NCBI GenBank assembly: GCA_965219445.1
Contig: CBDCNQ010000004.1
Coordinates: forward strand, 233,023 to 297,022
Source of the DNA: Longimicrobiales bacterium
GTDB taxonomy: Bacteria; Gemmatimonadota; Gemmatimonadetes; Longimicrobiales; Gaopeijiaceae
Reading direction: 5' to 3'
DNA: 64,000 nucleotides
Part shown: positions 39,755 to 49,430 of the stretch, piece by piece
Layout of the letters: each line of letters opens with the position of its first letter
How positions within the stretch are numbered: the first letter of the stretch is position 1
The notes under the pieces: model-generated
What the model was told of the DNA's origin: nothing
The model's input: only the letters and a program-made list of their open reading frames with translations
The model's database searches: none
Translations under genes and position numbers: made by a program

Positions 39755-40813
39755 TCAGCGTGCCGTGTAGGTTCGGCTGAACCCGTTGCGGCTGTTCGTG
39801 ACGGTGAACGTGCCGTCCTGGCTGACCGACGCCCGAATCCAATGGCCGTTGCCCTCCGCGGTATCATTCAGGTTTGCGATCATGTCTTCCGCCGTGTTGT
39901 GGGCCGGATTCGGATCGAGCAGCGAACGGTGACCCTGCCAAATCCCTTCGATGCCCGGACTCTTCGCCATCCGGTCGTAGTGCGCCGTTGAGACCTCGCC
40001 GAAACCGGGTGACGTGCCTCCCAGCCCCTTGCGCGGACCGTTGTTCACGACGATGACCTGCGGCTTGATCGCATAGAGGTGCGTTGGCGAGCCCGCGTCG
40101 TCCCAGGCTCCGTGGCGGCTCGTCTGATAGAGCGTGACCTCGCCCACCTTGTTCATGGGACACGACAGCTCGACCTCCATCTCCCAGTTGAGATCCCCGA
40201 GGTCGAGAAAGGTGAACCGGCCGTAGGTGAAGAGCGCCCCGACGCTGCGCTGATTCTCCGGACTGGCCTGCGGTTTGTGCTCGGCCGTCGCGCACAGCGT
40301 GTTGAATCCGCCGTCGTTGACGGGCGTCGTAAGGAGTCGACCGTCCGAGGCGATGACATCGACCTCGACGGCCCCGAACGGGATCTTCTCGCCAGCCTCG
40401 ACGGCCGCTCTCTTGTCTCCGCATACGCTGAGGTACGCGTCGAGCCATTGCCGATTGCTCTCTTCGGTGGTGGTCCCATGGTCGAAGCATTTCTCGATCG
40501 GGATCATCTCGGCGAGCGCTTGAAGCCCGCCCACGTGATCCCGATGGAAGTGCGTGATGACCAGGTGGTCAATCCTGGTCAGGCCAGCCTCTTGGGCTGC
40601 CGCGAAAACGCGTCTCGCGTCGCGGTTATCTTCCGTCGGGTATCCGGTGTCGACGAGCAGAGATTCCCCGCTGGGAGACACAACGAGGGTAGCGGCGCCG
40701 CCTTCGACGTCCACCCAGTAGATGTCGAAGGTCCGTGACTGCGCCGTGGCGGTTACGACGGGGATGCATAACAGCCCAATGAGCCACATCCAACGTACGC
40801 CTGGTTTCGACAT
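39755..40813 (-). CDS. MBL-fold metallo-hydrolase, secreted
   Basis: ORF 39755..40879 trimmed to MSKPGVRWMWLIGLLCIPVVTATAQ. Contains LVITHFHRDHVGG (HxHxDH). Confidence 0.8.
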   Translation of the reverse strand: MSKPGVRWMWLIGLLCIPVVTATAQSRTFDIYWVDVEGGAATLVVSPSGESLLVDTGYPTEDNRDARRVFAAAQEAGLTRIDHLVITHFHRDHVGGLQALAEMIPIEKCFDHGTTTEESNRQWLDAYLSVCGDKRAAVEAGEKIPFGAVEVDVIASDGRLLTTPVNDGGFNTLCATAEHKPQASPENQRSVGALFTYGRFTFLDLGDLNWEMEVELSCPMNKVGEVTLYQTSRHGAWDDAGSPTHLYAIKPQVIVVNNGPRKGLGGTSPGFGEVSTAHYDRMAKSPGIEGIWQGHRSLLDPNPAHNTAEDMIANLNDTAEGNGHWIRASVSQDGTFTVTNSRNGFSRTYTAR

Positions 40814-41142
40814 GCTCAACTCCTTGCGTCGAGGCACCGATTCTACGGAAGGCGGCCGAGAGGGGAGGTCCAGCCTCATCTGGACATCCGGACGGCCACG
40901 GATAGGAAAAAGAAAGGCCCAGTGCCGGATCGGGATAACGTAAGGGGCGGTCCAGACGCGTCAAGCGGGATTCTCTGCCGGCGCCCGATGAAGAACCACT
41001 GACGTCGTGGATACCGTCTTGAGCACCACCGCGAAGCACTGGGCGACAGGCTCTGGGGATTCTCCTTCAGTGAGAGCCTTGCAGCCCAACACGCCTGAGA
41101 CGCATCTTGAGCGCCTGGCACTTTTCTTGAAGGAGATTTCCG

Positions 41143-43245
41143 ATGCAGCAAGTTACAGGTGATCACCGCTACTTAGGATTCCGGTGGCCTCGGTTGGCCT
41201 TGTATCTCGTCGCCACGCTGAGCCTTCTGGTCGCCACACCGCTGACCGGTAAGGCGCAGCAGCCCGGTGGAGCGACGCTTCAGGGCCAGTGGCATTACCT
41301 GGGAGGGGATGCCTACCACCAGAGGTACTCGCCGCTGGACCAGATCCACGCCGGTAATTTCGAGGATCTGGAGGTCGCGTGGATCTGGAGGGGCAACAAC
41401 TTCGATCCCACCGTCGCCCGTGGCAAACCCTTATTCGTGGACGGGGTGCTCTACACCGTGGTGGGCAACCGCCGGACGGTGGTCGCGATCGATGGGGGGA
41501 CGGGGGAGACCCTTTGGGCCTACCGAGAACCGCCCACAACCCGCTGGGAGCGCTCCACGAGGAGGGGCCACGGCAAGGGAGTTTCCTACGGCGAGGTAGA
41601 CGGCCGGGGCGTGATCTTCGTCTCGACGCCCGCCTTCTTCTTGCACGCTCTGGATGCGAAGACAGGCCGGCACCTCGAGAACTGGGGGACACGTGTGCCG
41701 TTGCCCGGCTTTCCCGCCACTGGAGTGATCGACCTCCTGCCCGATATCCTGGACGACTGGGGGCCGTGGGAAGACTATGTGGCCGCCGGCGGGACCTATG
41801 ACGCGGACTGGGGCGCGCCGGCTGAGCTCGGACACATCACGAGCTCCGCACCCCCCATCGTGGTGAATGGGGTAATCGTGGTCGGTAACTCCGCGGAGTC
41901 GGGCAATGAGCAGCTTCGGGTGGAGAACATTCCGGGCGATATTCTGGCGTACGACGCAGGCACGGGCGAGCACCTCTGGAAGTTCCACGTCATCCCGCGG
42001 CCGGGCGAGGTCGGCCACGAGTCGTGGGAGAGCGACGCGTGGGCCTGGACGGGCGACGTCTCCTCCTGGGCCCCCATGTCGGCGGATCCGGACCTGGGCA
42101 TGGTCTACATCGGCACGAACCCTCCCACAATAGACTTCTATGGCGGGTTCCGGCCGGGGGACGGCCTCTTCGGAAACAGCATACTCGCGCTGGACGTGCA
42201 GACGGGTGAGCGGGTGTGGCACTTCCAGATGGTTCGGCACGACATCTGGGACTACGATACTTCCGTTCCGCCCCTGTTGATCGATGTAACGGTGGACGGG
42301 GAGGAGGTTCCCGCGTTGGTGGCCAATGGGAAACACGGAATCACGTTCGTCTTCAACCGGGCCACGGGCGAGCCGGTCTGGCCCATCGAGTACCGCCCGG
42401 TGCCGGCGTCGCGCGTGCCCGGGGACCAGGTCTCGCGGGTCCAGCCCTTCCCCACGAAGCCCGAGCCGATCGGGTTTCTCGGGCTTCCCGAAGAGGAGCT
42501 CATCGATTTCACACCCGAGCTCCGCCGACAGGCGCTCGAGATCCTGGAGGACTTCGACTGGGGCAAGGAACCCTACACACCGTATATCCACGAAGGAAAC
42601 GAGCTGGGAAAGATCGCGACGATCACCTGCCCATCGGGGAGCCCGAACACCGGCGCCGAGCCGTCAGCCGACCCCGAGACGGGATTGGTCTACATCTCCA
42701 TGACCAGGAACTGCCGGTGTCCACAGCTCGCGCGCGGGTTCGAGCTGGATGATCCCGACGACCCGGTCTTTACGGGCACGAACACGACGGCGGAGTTCAT
42801 CACGGGCGAGACGACCACGGAGTGGGCGCCCGGCACGCCGAATATGGGCTGCAGGGGTCCCCAGGGACTTCCTCTCTGGAGGCCTCCCTACAGCAGGATC
42901 GTGGCCATCGACATGAACACTGGCGAGGAGGCATGGTGGGTGCCCAACGGGGATACGCGTGACGTCATTCGGAACCACCCAGCACTTCAAGGACTGGACA
43001 TATCCAACACGGGATCGGGGAGTTTGGCTCCGACCCTGGTCACGAGGACGCTGCTCTTCCACACCGGTGAGCCGTATCTCAACGCTCTCGACAAGCAGAC
43101 CGGAGAGCGCTTGGGCAGGGTCGAGCTTCCAGCTCCTGGTTCGTACGGCTTGATTACCTACGAGCACGAGGGACGGCAGCACATCGTGGTTCAGGTGAAC
43201 AGTGCGGACCTGCGGAACTCGCTCGTAGCGCTCCGGCTGCCGTGA
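41143..43245 (+). CDS. PQQ-dependent dehydrogenase (quinoprotein), paralogue of 30263..32137
   Basis: ORF 41143..43245. Contains WHYLGGDAYHQRYSPLDQI, propeller W-motifs and VRHDIWDYD. Confidence 0.85.
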   Translation: MQQVTGDHRYLGFRWPRLALYLVATLSLLVATPLTGKAQQPGGATLQGQWHYLGGDAYHQRYSPLDQIHAGNFEDLEVAWIWRGNNFDPTVARGKPLFVDGVLYTVVGNRRTVVAIDGGTGETLWAYREPPTTRWERSTRRGHGKGVSYGEVDGRGVIFVSTPAFFLHALDAKTGRHLENWGTRVPLPGFPATGVIDLLPDILDDWGPWEDYVAAGGTYDADWGAPAELGHITSSAPPIVVNGVIVVGNSAESGNEQLRVENIPGDILAYDAGTGEHLWKFHVIPRPGEVGHESWESDAWAWTGDVSSWAPMSADPDLGMVYIGTNPPTIDFYGGFRPGDGLFGNSILALDVQTGERVWHFQMVRHDIWDYDTSVPPLLIDVTVDGEEVPALVANGKHGITFVFNRATGEPVWPIEYRPVPASRVPGDQVSRVQPFPTKPEPIGFLGLPEEELIDFTPELRRQALEILEDFDWGKEPYTPYIHEGNELGKIATITCPSGSPNTGAEPSADPETGLVYISMTRNCRCPQLARGFELDDPDDPVFTGTNTTAEFITGETTTEWAPGTPNMGCRGPQGLPLWRPPYSRIVAIDMNTGEEAWWVPNGDTRDVIRNHPALQGLDISNTGSGSLAPTLVTRTLLFHTGEPYLNALDKQTGERLGRVELPAPGSYGLITYEHEGRQHIVVQVNSADLRNSLVALRLP

Positions 43246-43269
43246 CCAGGGAAAAGTGACGGGGAGCTG

Positions 43270-45009
43270 CTATCGCCGACCCGATCCACGATAACGCCGG
43301 ATCCTCACCTCCAGTGAGTCGGCGAGGGCGGTGTCGCCGCCTCGCTGTGCGAGCCGTAGAGCATCCTGTGCCGCCCCGACGGCTTCGTCGATTTGTCCGA
43401 GCGTCGCGAGCGCGCCGGCGAGCACGTCCAATGCGTAGGGATCCTGTCGGTTCGACATCATGACACCTTGGCGGGCGACTAGCATCGAGGATTGCGCGTC
43501 GCCCTTGGCCGCGAAGATCCGGCTGAGCCCGACCAACGCCCCCACATGGTCCGCCCGGTACTGCAGCGCCTCCTGAAAGTGCCCTGTGGCCGCATCCAGA
43601 TCTCCGGCCTCGACCAGGGATTGGCCTTGGATGAACTCGTTGTACGCCATGTAGGCCATATCCTCGGATACGTGCTTCCATGCCTGCTCTTCGAGCAGCT
43701 GTCGTCGGTCCGCGGAGCTCCGGGGCAGAACCTGAAGCATCAGATCCGCCATCTCGTCCGTGGAGTTCGAGCCATTCACCACGCGCGTCGGAGGACTAGA
43801 CGGATTGCGCGGGTTCGCGGCCGAGTTGTCGAAGGTGTACTCCATTAGAATGGTCGTGCCGGCCGGCAAAGAAATCGGCTCGATGAATCGGTAGTCGTCC
43901 TGCCAATTGAAGTCCCAGTTCGGAATATGGATGAGCGACACCTCGCGGCCCCCGGGAAGGACGGCGGTGGCACGGAGGTCCTTCCCGAGGTAGTGCGCGT
44001 GCGGATACGCACTCAGGACGGCCACCTCGACCGGGAGCGTGAAGCTGTTAGTCACCGAGTAGTCCGACGCCCCGGCCGGAATGTCGATCATCAGGGAACT
44101 GATGACGAGGATCGCCGGCTCCCGGGTCGGTGGCTCGTCAGCGAAGTGGAAATCGACCTCGGCCGTGACCTCCTCCTCCACGCCGGACGTGCGGAAATGC
44201 AACTGCACGACCAGATCGGTCCCGGGTTCGAGGCGCCAAGGCATGCCGTCGAGCGGAGGAAGCCGTGTTATGCCCGGCGTCCATCCGATGAAGTGACCGC
44301 TGGGACGCGCCGCGTTGCTCCGGAGCTGCATGCCGTCGAACCCTGAACCGCCTTTCGCCCGCGCCAGCTCGCGCGACGACGAGGTCGTGTCCACCATCAT
44401 GCGCGCGTGGTGCACCACGTTTCGGCTTCCGGGCCTCAACTCGACGTACTCGATCCAACGCGTCTCGGCGACCGGAATAGGCACGACCAGGTTCCGATAC
44501 ACGTCGAGGCCGCGGGCCGGTACCGTATACGTCGGCAACTGTACAGTCAGATCCGCGGGGCCGGGGTTCCACCCCGTCTCGGCCACTTGGTCGGTGGCAC
44601 GCGAGAGATCGCCGGCGGGCGCTCCTTCTTCAGCCCACTGGCCAAAGAGTCTGATCTCGTCGGACGTCAGTCGGCGCTCACCGTAGAACGTTCCGGGCTC
44701 TGATTCCGGGAGCCAGGGCGGCATGACACGGCGCTCCGTCACATGGGCGATAAGCCCGGCGCGGGAGCGCGCGTCCTCGTACGCCAGGAGGCTGAACGGC
44801 GCAGAACCACCCGGGCGGTGACAACCGACGCACTCGCGTGCGAGAATCGGGGCGATATCCGCGGCGTAGGTCACCGCAGACTGTGCCCCGGCGTTCGGCG
44901 CGCCGACCATCGAGGAGCCCAGCATCGCGGGGACCGCCAGGACAGCGAGTGTTCCAGTCAACCCGGACACGACAAAGGAAGCGTTCAAGGATTCGGTCAT
45001 GGCGGGCAA
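43270..45009 (-). CDS. Secreted CxxCH heme-motif protein with a Cu-monooxygenase-like middle domain and C-terminal TPR repeats
   Basis: ORF 43270..45009. Contains DIAPILARECVGCHRPGGSAPFSLL (CxxCH), His-rich segments (NVVHHARM, SAYPHAHYLG) and a TPR-like C-terminus. The domain names are inferred from memory of the families. Confidence 0.6.
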   Translation of the reverse strand: MPAMTESLNASFVVSGLTGTLAVLAVPAMLGSSMVGAPNAGAQSAVTYAADIAPILARECVGCHRPGGSAPFSLLAYEDARSRAGLIAHVTERRVMPPWLPESEPGTFYGERRLTSDEIRLFGQWAEEGAPAGDLSRATDQVAETGWNPGPADLTVQLPTYTVPARGLDVYRNLVVPIPVAETRWIEYVELRPGSRNVVHHARMMVDTTSSSRELARAKGGSGFDGMQLRSNAARPSGHFIGWTPGITRLPPLDGMPWRLEPGTDLVVQLHFRTSGVEEEVTAEVDFHFADEPPTREPAILVISSLMIDIPAGASDYSVTNSFTLPVEVAVLSAYPHAHYLGKDLRATAVLPGGREVSLIHIPNWDFNWQDDYRFIEPISLPAGTTILMEYTFDNSAANPRNPSSPPTRVVNGSNSTDEMADLMLQVLPRSSADRRQLLEEQAWKHVSEDMAYMAYNEFIQGQSLVEAGDLDAATGHFQEALQYRADHVGALVGLSRIFAAKGDAQSSMLVARQGVMMSNRQDPYALDVLAGALATLGQIDEAVGAAQDALRLAQRGGDTALADSLEVRIRRYRGSGRR

Positions 45010-45088
45010 GATGCGTCAAACGTGTATGGGGCGGCAAGCGCCCACTTCAAGAAGAACCGCTCAGACTATTACGACGCGCCGCTATCGG

Positions 45089-45475
45089 TTAGGCCGATTC
45101 GAGATCCGTCTGCGGGAAATCCTCGCCCACAAACAGCAAGGGCTCACCCGACAGGCGGGCCACAGCGTAGGTCAGACAATCCCCGAAGTTCAGGCCCGCC
45201 GGATCCTGCCCTTTCCCGAACCTTCTGTACGCCTCCACCGCTTCCCGCCAGTGCACACTCCCGAACGAGATCTCTTCGATAGCGAGCTCGTCTAGCAATC
45301 TCTCTAGCAGACCAGGCGCACCGGCGCCGAGGCGGGCGTGGAGCACGATTCCCGCCTCCGCCAGCGTTGGACTCCCGGCCGCTACGACAGGTGCCGAGAG
45401 GATCCGATCAAGAACGTCTTCATAACCGGACTCCTGAAATACGATGGCCAGCAATGCGGATGCATCGACGATCAT
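45089..45475 (-). CDS. vapC: PIN-domain toxin VapC
   Basis: ORF 45089..45475. Starts MIVDASALLAIVFQE, contains NFGDCLTYAVA, and is 128 aa long. Overlaps the vapB stop. Confidence 0.85.
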   Translation of the reverse strand: MIVDASALLAIVFQESGYEDVLDRILSAPVVAAGSPTLAEAGIVLHARLGAGAPGLLERLLDELAIEEISFGSVHWREAVEAYRRFGKGQDPAGLNFGDCLTYAVARLSGEPLLFVGEDFPQTDLESA

Positions 45476-45744
45476 ACGCCGTCGGGACCCAAGCCAAGGA
45501 TGCGCTCTCGCTCCTCGCGGCTGGGGGGGCAGCCGAGTTGATCCGGGGGGACCTGTGACCAGACCTCCCGTGAGAGAAACCTCTGAATTCGGTCAGCCCG
45601 AGCACTGTCGGACATGCGGACCCTGAGTCGTTGATGTCGCTCGCTCAAAGCCTGTCGAACGGCCTCCGTCTTGGACTCACCAGTCAGCGCTGCAACCTCA
45701 GCCGCCAGTCGTTCGACCTCAGGATTCTTGATGTTGAGGGCCAT
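45472..45744 (-). CDS. vapB: VapB-type antitoxin
   Basis: ORF 45472..45744. Starts MALNIKNPEVERLAAEVAALTGESKTEAVRQAL. It is a small protein directly upstream of, and overlapping, vapC. Confidence 0.75.
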   Translation of the reverse strand: MALNIKNPEVERLAAEVAALTGESKTEAVRQALSERHQRLRVRMSDSARADRIQRFLSREVWSQVPPDQLGCPPSREERERILGLGPDGV

Positions 45745-45758
45745 GGTGTGGACCCAAA

Positions 45759-45791
45759 GGTGTAATTATACCGTTATGGTGTAATTATACC
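45759..45791. promoter_or_regulatory. Two direct copies of the near-palindrome GGTGTAATTATACC (candidate VapBC operator)
   Basis: Identical 14-mers at 45759-45772 and 45778-45791, 15-47 nt upstream of the vapB start (45744). Confidence 0.5.
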
Positions 45792-46009
45792 CAACTGAGA
45801 CCGTCTTGACCAGTATTTATAGCTCCACGAAGCAGGCCATCAAGGGTCCTGCTGTGGTGACCTGGGTTTCCGGCTCTTTGGTGTCGGTGGGTTAGGGGGT
45901 AAAAAGGGGGCTATGGGACCTCAAGCGGGACCCCAAAAAACTCGGGTTGCCTGGCGGGAACTCAGTGGAGGGGGGAGGAGCTCTGGCCTCCGGACGCTCA
46001 GGAACGCAG

Positions 46010-46207
46010 CTAAGGGCGGCCGAAGTTCGCCTCGAACCGATCAAAGCGTCCTTCCAGGCGGTCGATTCGCGCGGCGTTCCCTGTGACGCCTTCGGCCACA
46101 GCACGCAGGTCGTGGCTTAGCTGTTCTTGGCCCACCTCGACACGGATCACGCGCCCTTCGAGACGATCCAGCCGACCACCGTGCTCCTCGTAGATCCGGC
46201 CGACCAT
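46010..46207 (-). CDS. Possible small coiled-coil protein
   Basis: ORF 46010..46207 has repeated RLDRLEGR / RIDRLEGRF heptad-like segments. No family recognised. Confidence 0.25.
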   Translation of the reverse strand: MVGRIYEEHGGRLDRLEGRVIRVEVGQEQLSHDLRAVAEGVTGNAARIDRLEGRFDRFEANFGRP

Positions 46208-46318
46208 CTCGTATTTCCGCGTCCTGGAATTGCTGTTGGGTCATCGGTCCCTGAGTGCTCGGAAGGCTCGAGAGCGCAATCTACGCATCGGGGCTGAGCT
46301 GGAACATGTCGAAGGGGA

Positions 46319-47593
46319 TTACCTGGGTCGCAATCCGGCCAGTTCTGCGAGTGCGCCGAGCGTCGTCTGCGCCGCATTGAGGCCGAGCAGGAAATCCTCA
46401 TCGGAGTAGGTAGCGACGAGATCGGTCGGCTGATGCCAATTGGGATTCCATCCCCCTCCGATGTGCATGCCTCGCTCGTTCTCGCGGAGGCTGATCGCGG
46501 GCACGATGTCCATGAACCACCTGGAGTCAGTGTTGGTCATGTGCGGGCCCACGGCGGCCGGGTAGTCCGTGGCGTACCGTTCGTTGGCGTCGCGGAAGAA
46601 GAAGGCGAGCCTCATGGCCTCGTCAGCCAACTCGGCGCTCGACTGGAACTCTATGTTGACGTCGGCCTCGGGCCGCTGGGTCGGGCTGAGGGAGCCGTCT
46701 GCACGAGGCATTCCGTGGTCGAACAACATCATGTCGTGCTGGATCATGCCCAGCCAGGTCGGCTCGGGATAGAACCCTGACCCGGCCGGTTCCTCCCGAC
46801 CTTGAAGGCCCCTGCGCTGCTCGACGTACGCAAGAGCACCGAGCGATCCGCCTTCTTCGTGGTTCCAGAGGACGAAACGGATGGATCGTTCGGTCTCCAC
46901 GTCCGGTCCACTGAAGACCCGCGCGAGCTCCATCACGAGCGCCGTGCCGGACGCGTCGTCGTCGGCCCCTTGGCCGAAGCCACGCCCATCCATGTGGGCA
47001 CCGACGATGTACATCTCATCCGGTCGGGTTGTCCCGACCTTCGTACAGTACACCTGCTCGCGTTGGCCAGGACTGGCGGGTTGAGCGTTGAGCGTGCGGA
47101 GAACTTCGTCCGGTTGCGCTGCAGGATCGTTGTTCGCTGCGGTCGGCCTCGTGACGCCACGCAGTCGGGAGCCGCCCGCGGACATCCTGACTTCGCCACT
47201 CGCGATCACCGGAACGGGCGGAGCCTCCGGACCTGGTTGCGACGGCTGGGCCGGCCTGGGCGGTGGTGGATCGAAGACGAACTGCATGCGCTCGGTCGCA
47301 CAGCCGTAACTGCGCAGCTGCACGTCGATCCAATCGACGGCGGCCTGGTTGCGATCAGTCCCTGCCAGGCGATCGCCGAACTGCGCCAAGCCCTCAATCG
47401 TCGCCTTATAACGCTCCAAATCGAGGCGCCCGACGAGCTCCGCCACTTCAGCCACGGGGGGAGTGAGCCGCGCCGGGGCGGCGGTGCTTGGCAGCCGTTC
47501 CTCGACAGCGGAGCCGGCGCACGCCGTCAGCAGGGTGGCGAATACGACGAGGAAAGTGTTCCTGGACATATGAACGCGGTGAGGGTCAGGCAA
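46319..47593 (-). CDS. M28-family aminopeptidase, lipoprotein
   Basis: ORF 46319..47593. Contains FATLLTACAG, YIVGAHMDGRG, ADDDASGTALVMELARVF and FVLWNHEEGGSLGA. Confidence 0.85.
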   Translation of the reverse strand: MPDPHRVHMSRNTFLVVFATLLTACAGSAVEERLPSTAAPARLTPPVAEVAELVGRLDLERYKATIEGLAQFGDRLAGTDRNQAAVDWIDVQLRSYGCATERMQFVFDPPPPRPAQPSQPGPEAPPVPVIASGEVRMSAGGSRLRGVTRPTAANNDPAAQPDEVLRTLNAQPASPGQREQVYCTKVGTTRPDEMYIVGAHMDGRGFGQGADDDASGTALVMELARVFSGPDVETERSIRFVLWNHEEGGSLGALAYVEQRRGLQGREEPAGSGFYPEPTWLGMIQHDMMLFDHGMPRADGSLSPTQRPEADVNIEFQSSAELADEAMRLAFFFRDANERYATDYPAAVGPHMTNTDSRWFMDIVPAISLRENERGMHIGGGWNPNWHQPTDLVATYSDEDFLLGLNAAQTTLGALAELAGLRPR

Positions 47594-47599
47594 ACCAAA

Positions 47600-47671
47600 A
47601 TGGGCGCACTCCGAGATCAGGCTGCGCTCAACATCCCAGAGCGGGCCGGTGGGCGCAAGCAGAAGGGTTTG
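47600..47671 (-). promoter_or_regulatory. Conserved upstream motif, copy 2 (TTGCGC-N17-GATGTT)
   Basis: On the plus strand, gcgcaa is at 47653-47658 and aacatc at 47630-47635. It lies 36 nt upstream of the peptidase ORF start. Shares the extra block atgggcgcactcc with copy 4. Confidence 0.35.
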
Positions 47672-47723
47672 ATCGGGGGGCTCCCTAGGGTTTCCTTAGT
47701 GCGTCAGGCGACCTTCTTCGGGG

Positions 47724-48758
47724 CTAGTTCTGGACGGCCTCACGTTCAGCCGACCTCGAAGCGCGGAGCCTGGCCTCGAGGGCGCTGCGCTCGGATGCGG
47801 TCAGATCGGCGAGGAAGCGGTCTGCGGCCGCGACCCAGGCATCGCGGTCGACGGCACGCGCGGCTGCGTCCAATGCGGCGAGCATCTCGCCTCGGACCGC
47901 CTGCCGCTCCGCGAACAGTTCCCTGGCAGCTTGCCCCCACCGCGGCGGCACGAGCGCGAACGAGACGTTCCGAATCCGATCGGCGTCCGCCTCATCGGCC
48001 ATCCAGCACGAGCTAGGCGGCTCGATGCCCGCAGTACGGTAAGGTAGCCAGAAGTTGAGGCCGGCAAACGGGCCGTTCGAAGATGGAACGAACCAGACGT
48101 GCAGCATGTGTAGGGTCCGACTTTCGTCGCCGAACTCTGGATGGTCGTGCCATCGGGCGAGGTCGCTTTCGAACGGTATGGGCACTTTGGTTTCCGGCAC
48201 GTCGATGAACACGTACGCCGCGCCGACGAGTTGCTCCCGGCCATCGATGCTGGCGAACATCAAGTGGTCCGGCGCATCGATCCACACACCGTCCAGGCTG
48301 CGTCCCTTGTGCACGTAATGCACGCCCATGCCGGGGATATCGCCCAATGCAGGATTGAACCCGGCGGCACGGGCGGCTTCCGGTGTATCGAGCTCGGACA
48401 TCGCCTGTCGCAGTGCAGCGACTTGCAGGCGATCCGTCTCGGACAATCCGCTCCACGGCGGCGACGAAAGCGTCGTGCAGCTCACGGGCTCACCCGCATG
48501 GATGTGGGCCTGGTCTGGTGTCTGCGAGAGTGCTGAGCGTGGGGCCATGATGTCGGCCACCGGCTGCGGCTCGTCAACGACTGCAGACGTCTTTCCGTCT
48601 GGGGTAGGCCCTGATGCCTCCGGCGGGGTGCAGCCAATGAGAGGAATCATCATCATCATCAGCGCGAACGTTCCGACATCACCGAGGATCGCGTTTCGCC
48701 AGATGAAGAGACGCGAAGGCACTTTGGCCTCGGCCATGCGGGTGACGGGGTCGTACAC
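47724..48758 (-). CDS. Hypothetical secreted protein or lipoprotein
   Basis: ORF 47724..48758 (GTG start). Has a hydrophobic N-terminus with IPLIGC. No family recognised. Confidence 0.5.
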   Translation of the reverse strand: MYDPVTRMAEAKVPSRLFIWRNAILGDVGTFALMMMMIPLIGCTPPEASGPTPDGKTSAVVDEPQPVADIMAPRSALSQTPDQAHIHAGEPVSCTTLSSPPWSGLSETDRLQVAALRQAMSELDTPEAARAAGFNPALGDIPGMGVHYVHKGRSLDGVWIDAPDHLMFASIDGREQLVGAAYVFIDVPETKVPIPFESDLARWHDHPEFGDESRTLHMLHVWFVPSSNGPFAGLNFWLPYRTAGIEPPSSCWMADEADADRIRNVSFALVPPRWGQAARELFAERQAVRGEMLAALDAAARAVDRDAWVAAADRFLADLTASERSALEARLRASRSAEREAVQN

Positions 48759-48772
48759 AGTGATGTCCTCGG

Positions 48773-48840
48773 CATGGGAAGATCAGACCGAGGTCAACAT
48801 CCGAGAGTGGGCCGATAGGCGCAAGCAGAACTTGCTGATC
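48773..48840 (-). promoter_or_regulatory. Conserved upstream motif, copy 3 (TTGCGC-N17-GATGTT)
   Basis: On the plus strand, gcgcaa is at 48819-48824 and aacatc at 48796-48801. It lies 37 nt upstream of the GTG start at 48758. Confidence 0.35.
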
Positions 48841-48912
48841 TAACAAGCCGTGAGGCTCCGTGGTTCACGGGTCCGCGTTTGTGGAGGGCGCACCGTTAAT
48901 GGCCCGGCGGGG

Positions 48913-49311
48913 CTACGACCAGAACTCGTCCCAAGCGTAGAGGTCGAAAAAGTGCTCCCTACCGTCAATAATCCGGCCGTCCTTGAACTCGAAGACGATG
49001 CAGCAGCCAACATCCAGGTGCTTGCCGGCCCTCTCCGCGCGGTTGTGATGAACGCCGATCACGCGGCCGTCATCACTCTTAGACAAGTGCTGCAATGCGG
49101 CCTTGAAGGTCCCTCCCGTCTCCCCCACATACCGGCCGAATTGGGCAAAGGTCGCGTCGCGGCCCTGGTGGTCGCCAGCGAGGGGGCCTCGCCCTGGCGT
49201 GTGCCACGAGGCGCTCTCGTCGAAGATCTCGGTGAGCGTCTTCATGTCGGCCGAGTTGAAGGCCTCGTAACCGCGTCGCACGGTCTCGGCGTTTCTTTCT
49301 GTGTCGTTCAC
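48913..49311 (-). CDS. SnoaL/NTF2-like protein
   Basis: ORF 48913..49311. Contains ETVRRGYEAFNSADMKTLTEIFDESASWHTPG and FEFKDGRIIDGREHF. Confidence 0.75.
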   Translation of the reverse strand: MNDTERNAETVRRGYEAFNSADMKTLTEIFDESASWHTPGRGPLAGDHQGRDATFAQFGRYVGETGGTFKAALQHLSKSDDGRVIGVHHNRAERAGKHLDVGCCIVFEFKDGRIIDGREHFFDLYAWDEFWS

Positions 49312-49366
49312 GATGTAGTTCTCCTTGATCGTGATAGGTGTCTGTGCCTCCTAACGTACCACCGAG

Positions 49367-49404
49367 AAGACGGCCACCTCCGAACGATAGGGCTTGGCCG
49401 TCTT
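49367..49404. terminator. Hairpin AAGACGGCCA...TGGCCGTCTT (repeated sequence; putative terminator)
   Basis: A 10-bp stem between the convergently ending TonB-plug gene and the SnoaL upstream region. Shares cgagaagacggccacctccgaacgat with 52281-52307. Confidence 0.3.
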
Positions 49405-49430
49405 TCTAAGCTCGGCCGGTTCAGCGGCCC

